32,000 nucleotides of DNA from Pseudodesulfovibrio piezophilus C1TLV30 (GCF_000341895.1 NC_020409.1:1020001-1052000); one strand, 5' to 3'; counted from the first letter of the stretch, positions 1 through 9,074 are shown. Program-made: numbers and translations. Notes: generated by a model from the sequence alone, not told the origin.

Positions 1-926
1 TGGAGAACGAGATACGCGTTCTGGCTCAGAAGAATTCTTTGGATGTGGAAATTATCGGAAAAGATGTATTGCCTCGAAATGGGGAATTCAGCGTCACCAT
101 GGTCGAAAATGTCATTTGTGAGATGACTGGGAACCCCCTTGTCGCTCAATGTGCCTGCGAATTACCGCAGCTTCCTGTCCGGCCACCGAACCTGTGTGCA
201 GGCTGTCCCCACCGTGGGACTTACTTTGCCGCCAAAAAAGTGTTTGGTGACGAAGCCATCTACTCATCTGATATAGGCTGTTACACACTTGGAATTCTGC
301 CACCGCTCCAGGCTGCCGATTTCCTGCTCTGCATGGGGTCATCTATTTCTGCCGGATGTGGCGCAGCCAAAGCGGCAGACCAAACCGTGGTTGCATTCAT
401 CGGCGATTCCACCTTCTTCCATTCCGGCCTGACCGGTGTTGCCAACGCTGTCTTCAATAGTCATGACATACTGCTGGTTGTCCTGGATAACCGCACCACA
501 GCCATGACCGGCCATCAACCACATCCCGGAGTGGACAAGACCATCCTGGGTGATAATGATCATCCGCTGGATATCGAATCTGCCGTGCGAGGGCTTGGCG
601 TGACCGAAATTCGTAACGTCAATCCATTCAATCAGAAAAAGACTCTGGCCGCCTTTGAAGAATTGAAGGCAATGAAGGGCGTCCGAGTCCTTATCGCCAA
701 GGAGCCATGTCCACTCTACTCACGCCGCGTCTACAAGAAAATCGCCCCACAGGTCGCCTATGTGGCTGATTCCTGTACAGGCCGATTCGACTGTCTGGAC
801 AAGCTGGCCTGCCCTGCCATGTACAAGGAAGGGGACAAGGCAGCAGTCAACCCGATCCTGTGTAACGGCTGTATGCTCTGTTTACAGGTCTGTGGTCACA
901 TCAAAGCGAAGAAGAGGGGCAGCTAA
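1..926 (+). CDS. iorA: Indolepyruvate:ferredoxin oxidoreductase alpha subunit, C-terminal part (5' end lies outside the window)
   Basis: The frame is open from nt 3 with no upstream stop, so the TTG at 39 is not the real start. TPP-binding motif GDSTFFHSG...LDN is present, with a C-terminal Cys cluster CNGCMLCLQVC. The iorB-type subunit follows 3 nt downstream. Confidence 0.85.
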   Translation, partial: ENEIRVLAQKNSLDVEIIGKDVLPRNGEFSVTMVENVICEMTGNPLVAQCACELPQLPVRPPNLCAGCPHRGTYFAAKKVFGDEAIYSSDIGCYTLGILPPLQAADFLLCMGSSISAGCGAAKAADQTVVAFIGDSTFFHSGLTGVANAVFNSHDILLVVLDNRTTAMTGHQPHPGVDKTILGDNDHPLDIESAVRGLGVTEIRNVNPFNQKKTLAAFEELKAMKGVRVLIAKEPCPLYSRRVYKKIAPQVAYVADSCTGRFDCLDKLACPAMYKEGDKAAVNPILCNGCMLCLQVCGHIKAKKRGS

Positions 927-929
927 CCC

Positions 930-1526
930 ATGAGTGATACAAAAAAAATTCGCATATTCATGACCGGTGTGGGCGGCCAAGGAACCTTGACCGCAACCAC
1001 CCTGCTCGCCAAGACTGTCCTCAGTCAGGGACTGCCTGTCACTTCCGGTGAGATTCATGGCATGGCTCAGCGCGGTGGTGTTGTGGAATCCACTGTGCTG
1101 ATCGGCTGCAAATCTCCCAAAATAGGTCATGGTGAGGCCGATATCCTGTTGGGATTCGAACCGATGGAAACCATGCGAGCCCTGCCATATCTGAAGGAAG
1201 GAGGCCTGGTGGTCTCGAGCATTGAGTTCATGCCGCCTCTTTCCGTAGCCATGGGGACACAGGACTGTCCCACGATTGATGATATCAAAAAAGCCGTGTC
1301 TTCATGTACGGACAAGGCATACTTCATGTCCAGTCAAACCATCGGACTTGAAGCAGGCGCTGTTCAATCCGGCAACATAGCCATGCTGGCTGCATTATGC
1401 GCCGCTGGCGAACTTCCCTTCGGTCCCGAAGCACTGGAAGCAACCATCAAGGCCAATCTTCCCGAGAAGATTCAGGCTGTAAACCTCAAAGCCCTGGAGC
1501 TTGGCGTCAAGGCACTTGACGTCTAG
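930..1526 (+). CDS. iorB: Indolepyruvate:ferredoxin oxidoreductase beta subunit (pyruvate/ketoisovalerate oxidoreductase gamma-type domain)
   Basis: N-terminal GVGGQGTLTAT...HGMAQRGG motif is typical of IorB and 2-oxoacid:Fd oxidoreductase gamma domains. The ATG lies 3 nt after the iorA stop. Confidence 0.85.
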   Translation: MSDTKKIRIFMTGVGGQGTLTATTLLAKTVLSQGLPVTSGEIHGMAQRGGVVESTVLIGCKSPKIGHGEADILLGFEPMETMRALPYLKEGGLVVSSIEFMPPLSVAMGTQDCPTIDDIKKAVSSCTDKAYFMSSQTIGLEAGAVQSGNIAMLAALCAAGELPFGPEALEATIKANLPEKIQAVNLKALELGVKALDV

Positions 1527-1537
1527 AGAAAGGAAAC

Positions 1538-3118
1538 ATGGCTTATACACAACAGGACCCCTCCGACCTCAGCTACCTGGTCACACTCAAAATGGTGCAG
1601 GAGACGCTGAAACGGGATGCCCCGCTTGAGGAGTCACTGAACGCACTGCTCAAAATCCTGGCACAGGATATGGAGTACGTCAGGGCCTTCATGGTCATCA
1701 TGGACCCCAAGACCGAGAACCTCAAACTCTCGCTCACATACAGTCCGGCCCAGGCAGATGATGTCACCTATTCGCCTGGACGCGGCATTATCGGCCGTGT
1801 CTTCGATTCCGGTGAATCCATAACCGTGACACGGATGTCCGACGATTCAGAATTCCTCAACAAGGCTTTCGGCCGAAGTGAAGAAGAACTGAAAAAGCTC
1901 GGTTTCATCTGCGTTCCGGTCGTTAACCGCCGTTCTGAGGAAGAAGAAGTCATCGGAGCGCTTTCTGTCGACGTTCCACTGATTCCAGCTGATGACATGG
2001 CGGCACACTGCCAGTTCTTGGAAGTCGTTGCCGGTATTATCGCCGGTCATGTCGCACAGCTGCAGGAAGAGATGGCAACCCAGAACCATCTGCTTTCTCA
2101 AGGCATGATGGCCGGCGGTATGGACGCAGCCCCTCCCAAGGATTTTGTCGCCGCGTCCAAGGCCATGCGTCTTGTGCTGCGTCAATCCAGACAGGTCGCT
2201 CCAAGTCGGGCTACTGCTCTTTTGCGAGGAGAATCCGGAACAGGCAAGGAACTGCTTGCCGAAGCCATTCACTCCTCCAGCCCTCGGGCCGACAAACCAC
2301 TTATCAAGCTTAACTGCGCAGCTTTACCATCCGAACTTATCGAGTCCGAGCTTTTCGGTCACCAGAAAGGAGCCTTCACCGGAGCCTTCCAGACCAAACG
2401 GGGTCTCTTTGAAGTTGCGGATCAGGGGACGCTGTTCCTGGATGAAATCGGCGAACTTTCCATGGATGCCCAAGCCAAGGTTCTGCGTGCCATTCAGGAA
2501 AAGGAAATCCAGAGAGTCGGGTCTGAACAGACGATCACCGTTGATGTCCGGCTTATCTGCGCCACACACCAACCTCTTGAAGAACTCCTTGAAAGCGGCA
2601 GATTTCGCGAAGATCTCTATTACCGTATCAATGTCTTCCCCATTTTCATTCCATCTCTCAAGGAACGGCGTGAGGATATCCTGCCTCTGGCAGAATACTT
2701 CCTTGCAGACTTTGCAGATGAATATGGCAAGGAAGTCAAACGAATATCCACGCCTGCCATTGAACTTCTGGTCATGTACCATTGGCCCGGCAATGTGCGT
2801 GAACTGAAGAATTGCATGGAACGCGCAGTGCTCCTGTGCGAGGAAGCGGTGATTCGAACCTACCACCTCCCCCCGACACTTCAGTCGGCAGAAAGTTCGG
2901 CCACAGGGACCAATCTCTCTTTTGGCGAAGCTGTTGCCAAATTTGAGCAGGAACTACTGGTGGATTCACTGAAAAAGACAGGTGGCAACATGCTGCAATC
3001 CGCCCGAGACCTTCGTGTTTCATACCGGATTGTCAATTACAAGGTAAAGAAGTACAATATTGACGTGAAGAAATTCTCGCAATCCAAAAAGAAATCCAAA
3101 AAAAGATTGGAAGTCTAG
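1538..3118 (+). CDS. Sigma54-dependent transcriptional activator (EBP) with GAF, AAA+ and Fis-type HTH domains (NifA-like architecture)
   Basis: Walker A GESGTGKE, GAFTGA sigma54-contact loop and Walker B LFLDEIGE are present, with a C-terminal HTH (GGNMLQSARDLRVSYRIVNYKVKKYNI). The N-terminal ~170 aa are GAF-like. SD AAAGGAAAC precedes the ATG. Confidence 0.9.
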   Translation: MAYTQQDPSDLSYLVTLKMVQETLKRDAPLEESLNALLKILAQDMEYVRAFMVIMDPKTENLKLSLTYSPAQADDVTYSPGRGIIGRVFDSGESITVTRMSDDSEFLNKAFGRSEEELKKLGFICVPVVNRRSEEEEVIGALSVDVPLIPADDMAAHCQFLEVVAGIIAGHVAQLQEEMATQNHLLSQGMMAGGMDAAPPKDFVAASKAMRLVLRQSRQVAPSRATALLRGESGTGKELLAEAIHSSSPRADKPLIKLNCAALPSELIESELFGHQKGAFTGAFQTKRGLFEVADQGTLFLDEIGELSMDAQAKVLRAIQEKEIQRVGSEQTITVDVRLICATHQPLEELLESGRFREDLYYRINVFPIFIPSLKERREDILPLAEYFLADFADEYGKEVKRISTPAIELLVMYHWPGNVRELKNCMERAVLLCEEAVIRTYHLPPTLQSAESSATGTNLSFGEAVAKFEQELLVDSLKKTGGNMLQSARDLRVSYRIVNYKVKKYNIDVKKFSQSKKKSKKRLEV

Positions 3119-3131
3119 CCCCCGAAAAAAC

Positions 3132-3171
3132 GGTCCCTGTCGCTCTTCTGTGACAGGGACCTTTCATTTTT
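3132..3171 (+). terminator. Rho-independent terminator after the sigma54 activator gene
   Basis: A 10-bp perfect stem GGTCCCTGTC / GACAGGGACC with a 10-nt loop is followed by TTTCATTTTT. Confidence 0.7.
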
Positions 3172-3220
3172 CTCTTCAAGATAAGACTTTCTGCCCTTTA
3201 CTTCCACTTCTCCCGGAGCG

Positions 3221-3236
3221 AGGGATTTCCTTTGCT
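3221..3236 (+). promoter_or_regulatory. Candidate sigma54 (-24/-12) promoter upstream of GT2 paralog 1
   Basis: AGGGATTTCCTTTGCT has GG-N10-GC spacing and a perfect -12 TTGCT, but a weak -24 (GGGA rather than GGCA). It sits 26 nt upstream of the ATG at 3262 and directly downstream of an EBP gene. Confidence 0.3.
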
Positions 3237-3261
3237 CCACCATTTCTGATACATCCCATTC

Positions 3262-4881
3262 ATGCACACAGTTACCTCTCTCATTCAGCAACTCATCACT
3301 CTGACTCGAAATACAGGCTACCTGACTCCAGATCACGCCATGGCAGTAGCCGGTAATATTCTCGAAGCCCGGCCTCTCCCTGATGCTCTCGCAGCTCTGG
3401 CCCCAGCCCTTCTGCGCCATGCTACCATCTTTGATCCGTTTGATAGGGAAAAGATCCGGCTTGCGCACGAGATCAACGAACGTATTCCACATCCCCCCTT
3501 CAGCCAATGGATAAGACATGCCAGGGCTCTGACCAAAGATGAACCTATCCCGGAAAATATTCCATTCCCCGATGTCAGCACGGCTTCCGCACAAGAATGC
3601 ATTGCATTCATCGCACATCAAACCGCCAATAGTCACAGATACCCCATCCTGCTCCACCTCTGGCAGACAGGGGCCGGGCCGGAACTCATCAAAGCGATCA
3701 GGATTCTCGCCGCCTCCCCGTCTGGAATGTTGGCGGCCCCTCTCATGGCCTGGGGAGCCTATGCTGCGGGAAAACCTCTACTCACCGAGATGCTGCTCGA
3801 AGAGGGAGTGGATTCCTTCGTGGCCCACAACCTTCGTGCCCGCATAGCCCTGGACAGTGGCATCCATGCAAAAGCCGTTGAATATCTGAGGACGTCACTC
3901 GAAGCCGAGCCGTTCCAACCCGCGATCATCGAACAATTGGCAACACTGGAATCAGACAATTCCGAGTCCTTTCCAGAGGATAATACTCATATATGCCTCT
4001 ATACATGGAATAAACCGGAACTTCTCGCACAGACCCTGCACAGCCTTGCACACACTGCCATCGGATCGACCGGCGTCACTGTCCTCAACAACGGGACCAC
4101 GACCTGCTCCCCGGATGAATTGGAAAGGCGCGTCCATGATCAGACTCCGGGCCTCTCAATTCATTGGGTACATCTGCCTGTAAATATCGGTGCCCCAGCC
4201 GCTCGCAACTGGCTTCTTTCCCTGCCCGAAGTCCGCCAGTGTCGCTATGTGGCCTTCCTTGATGATGACGTGCTCCTCCCCCGAACATGGCTGGCACAAT
4301 TCCATAAGACACTCCGCCGCTTCCCCGAGGCTGCAGCGGTCGGTCCCAAATGCATGAATCCGAATGTGCATACAATTCAGTACGCTTTCCGACATTTTAC
4401 GCAGACAGGGCAGGACATGATTCGTTTCAGTCCCAATGCTCCCACACTCATGGATATGGGCCAATTCGACTCTGCTCGTCCGAGCCTCACTGTCATGGGA
4501 TGCTGCCATCTGCTGGACACCAAACGATTGGCAGCGCGAAAAGTACCACACTTCGATATACGATTCTCTCCCTCCCAAGTGGATGACATAGAACATGATC
4601 TCCAGATATGGAAAGCAGGCGGACAGGTTTTCTACGACGGCTCTGTTGGCGTGGTTCACCTTCAGGACACAGGAAAAGCCCAATCACGCGCCACTATTGG
4701 GCATACCTATGCAAATCATTCCAAACTCGAAGCCATATTTTCACAGGAAGAACTGAGCATGATGGACGCGGCATACAAGGACGCTGACAAAAGCGCATTC
4801 AGCAAATCACTCCAAGCCGTCCTTCCTACCCTGAATGGAACGGCCCGTGTCTTTTGGGAAACAATCAAAACAAACATATAA
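3262..4881 (+). CDS. Helical TPR-like N-terminal domain fused to a family-2 glycosyltransferase (paralog 1 of 3)
   Basis: Carries the GT2 core blocks LPVNIGAPAARNWLLSLPEV, FLDDDVLLP (DxD) and FDIRFSPSQVDDIEHDL (COG1216-type FDxxF...EDxDL signature). It is clearly paralogous to 5619-7256 and 7331-9013. No obvious SD precedes the start. Confidence 0.8.
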   Translation: MHTVTSLIQQLITLTRNTGYLTPDHAMAVAGNILEARPLPDALAALAPALLRHATIFDPFDREKIRLAHEINERIPHPPFSQWIRHARALTKDEPIPENIPFPDVSTASAQECIAFIAHQTANSHRYPILLHLWQTGAGPELIKAIRILAASPSGMLAAPLMAWGAYAAGKPLLTEMLLEEGVDSFVAHNLRARIALDSGIHAKAVEYLRTSLEAEPFQPAIIEQLATLESDNSESFPEDNTHICLYTWNKPELLAQTLHSLAHTAIGSTGVTVLNNGTTTCSPDELERRVHDQTPGLSIHWVHLPVNIGAPAARNWLLSLPEVRQCRYVAFLDDDVLLPRTWLAQFHKTLRRFPEAAAVGPKCMNPNVHTIQYAFRHFTQTGQDMIRFSPNAPTLMDMGQFDSARPSLTVMGCCHLLDTKRLAARKVPHFDIRFSPSQVDDIEHDLQIWKAGGQVFYDGSVGVVHLQDTGKAQSRATIGHTYANHSKLEAIFSQEELSMMDAAYKDADKSAFSKSLQAVLPTLNGTARVFWETIKTNI

Positions 4882-4906
4882 AAAACGCCCGATATTCACC
4901 GGGCGC
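4878..4906 (-). terminator. Terminator between convergent genes, best on the minus strand
   Basis: A CGCCCG / CGGGCG stem with an 8-nt loop. On the minus strand it is followed by TTTTTTATAT, which serves the 4932-5483 gene. On the plus strand an A-tract precedes it and the T-tract is weak. Confidence 0.6.
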
Positions 4907-4931
4907 TATCCAATTTCATGCTTTCTTCGTA

Positions 4932-5483
4932 TTATTTGAACGAGCGGGCAAATAACTCTTCCAAAGCGATTTTCCCGTTCTCCTCAAGAAAACGGGTCCC
5001 GGTTCCCGTGAAATGCCTGTCGGTAATAACTGGTGTCTCAACGGAAATCCACGCACCCTTTTCCCATTTGAACCAACAATTCTTGACCTGACCAAAGACA
5101 TAGAGGTCCTTGTTGCAAATCTTGGCAAACTCGGCTCCCCACCCGGTCCCGCCCTTGACGGTTCCGTCTTCCTGGATGGTTCCAACCACAAAGACTTCAT
5201 GCCCAGACTCGACCTGATGCATAATGGTCTGCAAGACCTTGCGCATTTTCTCGGCGTTGGTAAATTTCCGATTGAGCAGCTTGGCTACATAAGTCAAACT
5301 GACATCTTTTCTGGTCAATTCCTCATTGGTCAGAACCCGTACGCCTCGAGTCCGCTCAATCCTGTGCCCTTCAAAGGTGTAATTCACTTCAGCCAGCCCG
5401 TAATACTCGGCCAGCTTGCCGAATTGATTTTCCGCGCCCTGGGCTCCGCCGCTGAATAAGGTGTAGCTTTCGTATTTGGACAT
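4932..5483 (-). CDS. Small Rossmann-like protein, SLOG / molybdenum-cofactor-carrier-like (183 aa)
   Basis: The start is placed at MSKYES, where the ATG at 5483 is preceded by AAGGAGAG. An N-terminal SGGAQGAE Gly-rich loop and a later DGT-x-KGGTGWGAEFA block resemble the SGGxxGxD plus GGT motifs of MoCo-carrier/DprA/LOG-type SLOG folds. The family assignment is by eye only. Confidence 0.5.
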   Translation of the reverse strand: MSKYESYTLFSGGAQGAENQFGKLAEYYGLAEVNYTFEGHRIERTRGVRVLTNEELTRKDVSLTYVAKLLNRKFTNAEKMRKVLQTIMHQVESGHEVFVVGTIQEDGTVKGGTGWGAEFAKICNKDLYVFGQVKNCWFKWEKGAWISVETPVITDRHFTGTGTRFLEENGKIALEELFARSFK

Positions 5484-5618
5484 GGTCTCTCCTTGAAAAT
5501 GATATGAAGTGTCTTCTGAATCGCTGGCTTGACGGCACATGTAGCACTCGTTTGATACGCCGGGCAATATCTTCGCATTATATTTTCCCGGGAAGCCAAC
5601 CTCCTCTTAAGGCCGCGC

Positions 5619-7256
5619 TCATGAACGGTACCCCACTTGAGCCTGTTTTGCCAGCAGGTCAGCCAAGAGCACTTTATCCATATCGCGGGCCATTTTCTCA
5701 AATTCCTCTGGCTCATATTTGGTCATGAGTTTACGAAGATTGGCTGTGGCCCCGGCGGACTCACCCCCGCCCAATTCACTCTGTGCTCCTGATTTCCTTT
5801 TGTGCGCAATAGAGAGAAATCCTGTATAAACGGCGTATCCACCGGCAAGAACCATGCGAAGGTCTCGTTCCAGGTCATCGTATTGCGTGGGAGAAAAGCG
5901 AAGATCAAAGTCCCCGGTTTCAAGCAGCCGTTGTGTACGGAAAAGATGCACACACCCTGTCACCGATGCACAGGGACGAATATAGTCTGCCTGTCCGAAA
6001 TCAGCATCCTGCAACATGAGAGTCCCCATCAATGCCTCCTGCCGGTGACCGGGTGAGGGAGCCAGATTGTGTTCACCACACTGCATCCGGGCCGGACCGT
6101 TGAAATCAACGACCTTGCATCCCCACACTCCGGCATCAGGATACTGTTTCACAGCCTCACCCAATCGCCCGAGCCAATCACCAGGCAAGGCAATGTCATC
6201 ATCGATATACGCTACAAAGTCAGAAACCTGCACTTCAGGCAAATGCATAAGCCAGTTGCGAGCGGCCGGTGCTCCCACATTGACAGGCAAAGCCACCGAT
6301 GAAGCCCGTTCCGGGCCAAACTTCTCGATGAAATGATTGATTACATCTGAAGTCGTGTCCGAACTGCCATTATCAAGCAAACAGACTCGGATGTCCGATT
6401 CCACCGCTCCTTTACTGGAGAGCAACGAATCCAGAGTCGTGACAAGGTCGTCTGCTTTGTTCCAACTGTAACCAAGCACCGTCACCCTTCCCGGCAACCT
6501 GGCAACGTTTTTCGCAGAACCGGCAAGGTGATCATGCAGCCGCAGCCAGAGACTGACATTCCACGGACGTTCGGCCACACACCTCTCAAGCAATCCAAGA
6601 GCTTTCTCTTCCTTGCCCGACCGAAGCCATGCCGTGATCAGACGCTCCTTCACCACGGGCAAGGGCAACGTATTCAAATTTTCCCGATACATTCCGGCTG
6701 CGGGAAGCACCTCACCCAATGCAAGCATGGCATTTGCTTTGGCATACGCAAACAAAGATGCCAATTCTGATCGAGGTATCGTGCTGGATATCATTTCGAC
6801 GAGGAATTCCCACTGAGAATTAATTCGAACGAATTCATACAGGTGATGCCACCAGAAAAGATTTTGCGGGGTTTTCACCAGACGGTTTCGCAAAAAATCC
6901 ATCTGAGTACGGACGTCTGCCGACATGGCTATCCGAGCTTCGGGCGTGACCTCGGGATGCCAATGGGAAAGAACTGCCCTGATTACGGGTAACAGGACTG
7001 GCGACACAGGGGGCAACGATTCCAGATGACTTGCCAAACCGGCAACACAATTTCCGTCAAAAGGATTTTCACCCCATGCGGCCAGAAATAAATCCTGTGC
7101 AATGCTTGCTATAATAGGGGAATTTTCCCAATTGCCTGCCAGAGCAGAACCAGTGGCACTCTGCAAATGCAGCCTGCCCGAGAAACCGAGTAACAGGTGT
7201 CGCCGCAAATCATGTGGCAACGAAGTCAAGTCAAAGGAAGGGTTCATGGTTTCCAA
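5619..7256 (-). CDS. Helical TPR-like N-terminal domain fused to a family-2 glycosyltransferase (paralog 2 of 3)
   Basis: Contains LDNGSSDTT, LPVNVGAPAARNWLMHLPEV, YIDDDIALP and FDLRFSPTQYDDLERDL. The start is either the TTG at 7256, which has a TAG stop immediately upstream, or the ATG at 7247. Confidence 0.8.
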   Translation of the reverse strand: METMNPSFDLTSLPHDLRRHLLLGFSGRLHLQSATGSALAGNWENSPIIASIAQDLFLAAWGENPFDGNCVAGLASHLESLPPVSPVLLPVIRAVLSHWHPEVTPEARIAMSADVRTQMDFLRNRLVKTPQNLFWWHHLYEFVRINSQWEFLVEMISSTIPRSELASLFAYAKANAMLALGEVLPAAGMYRENLNTLPLPVVKERLITAWLRSGKEEKALGLLERCVAERPWNVSLWLRLHDHLAGSAKNVARLPGRVTVLGYSWNKADDLVTTLDSLLSSKGAVESDIRVCLLDNGSSDTTSDVINHFIEKFGPERASSVALPVNVGAPAARNWLMHLPEVQVSDFVAYIDDDIALPGDWLGRLGEAVKQYPDAGVWGCKVVDFNGPARMQCGEHNLAPSPGHRQEALMGTLMLQDADFGQADYIRPCASVTGCVHLFRTQRLLETGDFDLRFSPTQYDDLERDLRMVLAGGYAVYTGFLSIAHKRKSGAQSELGGGESAGATANLRKLMTKYEPEEFEKMARDMDKVLLADLLAKQAQVGYRS

Positions 7257-7330
7257 CTATGCGGCAACTCCGGTAAAGTCAATAAACCCTCCTTTCGAAG
7301 CTATCGCTTTTCTGGTAGAAGAGAAACACG

Positions 7331-9013
7331 ATGCACAGATTTTTCATTCCCCAAACTCTCCCGCCCTGTAGTGGCATACGTCCCGAATTCAGGGAACGTT
7401 TTTCCGGGTGGCACCTCGGCATGGGGCTGCCTGAAACCCTTCTCGCGCTCATCAGAGGGTTAAACGCTCTGGGCAGAGATATCCCCTCGTGTAAAAATAC
7501 CGCTCTCGGAATGGGAGTGTGGGGATTCCAGACCCATCCGCTCATGCATGATCTGGCTCAAGCAGCCGTGGAGACGACCGCAACGGTCAATACGAATCCA
7601 CAACAAAAAGCACTGGCTGAACGGATCGCTGCAACACCAAAGCTCAATGATACAGATACGGAAACCATGGAAACATGGCATGCTCTGGTTAGACAGGAGG
7701 ATCGATCCCTGCTGCTTCGTTTCCTCGCCGTTGTCCTGGCAGACTCGACCAAAGGACTTTCGTGGCTTGGTCACTGTTGGCAGGATATGTTATTTCTCGG
7801 ACGACCTGAGATACCAAAAGCCGCCCTGGACATGGTTCAATGGGATGCCATCACCTTTCCGCTCAAAGCCAGGCTGGAAGCTGAATGGAGCTTTCATTGC
7901 CACCAGCCAGAGCAAGCTCTGCAAGCCATAGAATCGCTCGACTCTGATCTATGGGGACTCTGGCGGGCCTATACCGGGGCAGAAGTGTTGATACGAAGCG
8001 GTGAAACCGAGGAAGCCAAGGAGGTACTCTCCAACCTCTGGAGCATGATTCCGTGGCATATCAATCTGACCCTCAAACTGCACGCCCTCTTCAACCCCAT
8101 TGTCATGGCCGCAGATGAAAAAACAAACGATGCCGCAATCCTCGTTTACTCATGGAATAAAGGAGAATTGCTTGCCCAAACACTCAAAAGTCTCGCCTCC
8201 AGCAATCTCGGGCAAGCCCGAATTTATGCCCTTGATAACGGTTCTACAGACAACACACCCGAAGTTCTCAGACAGGCACAGGATATATTCGGAGCAGAAC
8301 GCTTTCAGACCATAACCCTCCCTGTCAACGTAGGCGCACCTGCTGCACGCAACTGGCTGCTTTCGTTGCCAGCTGTTCGTACGGCTCAATGGGCCGCCTT
8401 TCTTGATGACGATGTTATTCTGCCCAAAGACTGGCTCCTTCATCTACTGGGAGCGGCGCAGGGAGACAAAAAACTCGGTGCGGTTGGCTGCCGCATCACC
8501 GCGGCCACTCCTCCTTTCGGTCTACAATCAGCAGACTACAATCTTTTCCCCACTCCGCCCAAAAAAACTGCACCGGGACACCTTCCCAATCGGGTTCTCC
8601 TGTACGACAATTGTGCCGGATCAACAGATACAGGACTATTCTCGTACACGCGCCCCTGTCTGTCTGTTTCGGGATGCTGCCACCTGATCAATATGGAAGC
8701 TGTTCGCATGGCCGGGGGATTCGACCTACGCTATACGCCATCTCAATTTGATGATCTTGACAGAGACCTCCGTTCTGCGCTGGCAGGGATGCCTGCTCTA
8801 TATACAGGAACCATGGCTATCCATCATGTCCAGCACTCCAGTCTTGCCAAATCAAAAAGTGTGCAGCAGATAGGCCATGTCATGGGCAACAAATTCAAAC
8901 TCGATACTCGATACACCGATGAAGAATTACTCCGGCTTGGTGCTGAAAACCGTGAACGCCTCTGGGATGACCTGCAAACCAAACATGATTTTCTCGCCGC
9001 CCTTCTCGGTTGA
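7331..9013 (+). CDS. Helical TPR-like N-terminal domain fused to a family-2 glycosyltransferase (paralog 3 of 3)
   Basis: Contains LDNGSTDNT, LPVNVGAPAARNWLLSLPAV, FLDDDVILP and FDLRYTPSQFDDLDRDL. It is divergent from paralog 2 across a ~75-nt spacer. Confidence 0.8.
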   Translation: MHRFFIPQTLPPCSGIRPEFRERFSGWHLGMGLPETLLALIRGLNALGRDIPSCKNTALGMGVWGFQTHPLMHDLAQAAVETTATVNTNPQQKALAERIAATPKLNDTDTETMETWHALVRQEDRSLLLRFLAVVLADSTKGLSWLGHCWQDMLFLGRPEIPKAALDMVQWDAITFPLKARLEAEWSFHCHQPEQALQAIESLDSDLWGLWRAYTGAEVLIRSGETEEAKEVLSNLWSMIPWHINLTLKLHALFNPIVMAADEKTNDAAILVYSWNKGELLAQTLKSLASSNLGQARIYALDNGSTDNTPEVLRQAQDIFGAERFQTITLPVNVGAPAARNWLLSLPAVRTAQWAAFLDDDVILPKDWLLHLLGAAQGDKKLGAVGCRITAATPPFGLQSADYNLFPTPPKKTAPGHLPNRVLLYDNCAGSTDTGLFSYTRPCLSVSGCCHLINMEAVRMAGGFDLRYTPSQFDDLDRDLRSALAGMPALYTGTMAIHHVQHSSLAKSKSVQQIGHVMGNKFKLDTRYTDEELLRLGAENRERLWDDLQTKHDFLAALLG

Positions 9014-9074
9014 CCCACACCGGATCCATGCTTACTCTTACCTTGACCAATTCAGTACGAATTAGGAGATAACC

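Noticed and set aside
2145-2807. A 220-aa plus-strand ORF and a 180-aa minus-strand ORF (2324-2866) inside the sigma54 activator gene.
   Set aside because: They are alternative or antisense frames of the AAA+ domain region. Their translations are Pro/Ser/Arg-rich, which is typical of off-frame reading.
5013-5459. A 148-aa plus-strand ORF, and the 5' extension of the 4932-5567 ORF.
   Set aside because: The plus ORF is antisense to the SLOG-like gene. The extra 28 N-terminal codons of the minus ORF lack an SD, whereas the ATG at 5483 has AAGGAGAG upstream.
7409-7424. A TGGCAC hexamer that looks like a sigma54 -24 box.
   Set aside because: It lies inside the GT2 paralog 3 coding region, and no TTGC or GC occurs at the required N10 spacing (the sequence reads TGGCACCTCGGCATG).
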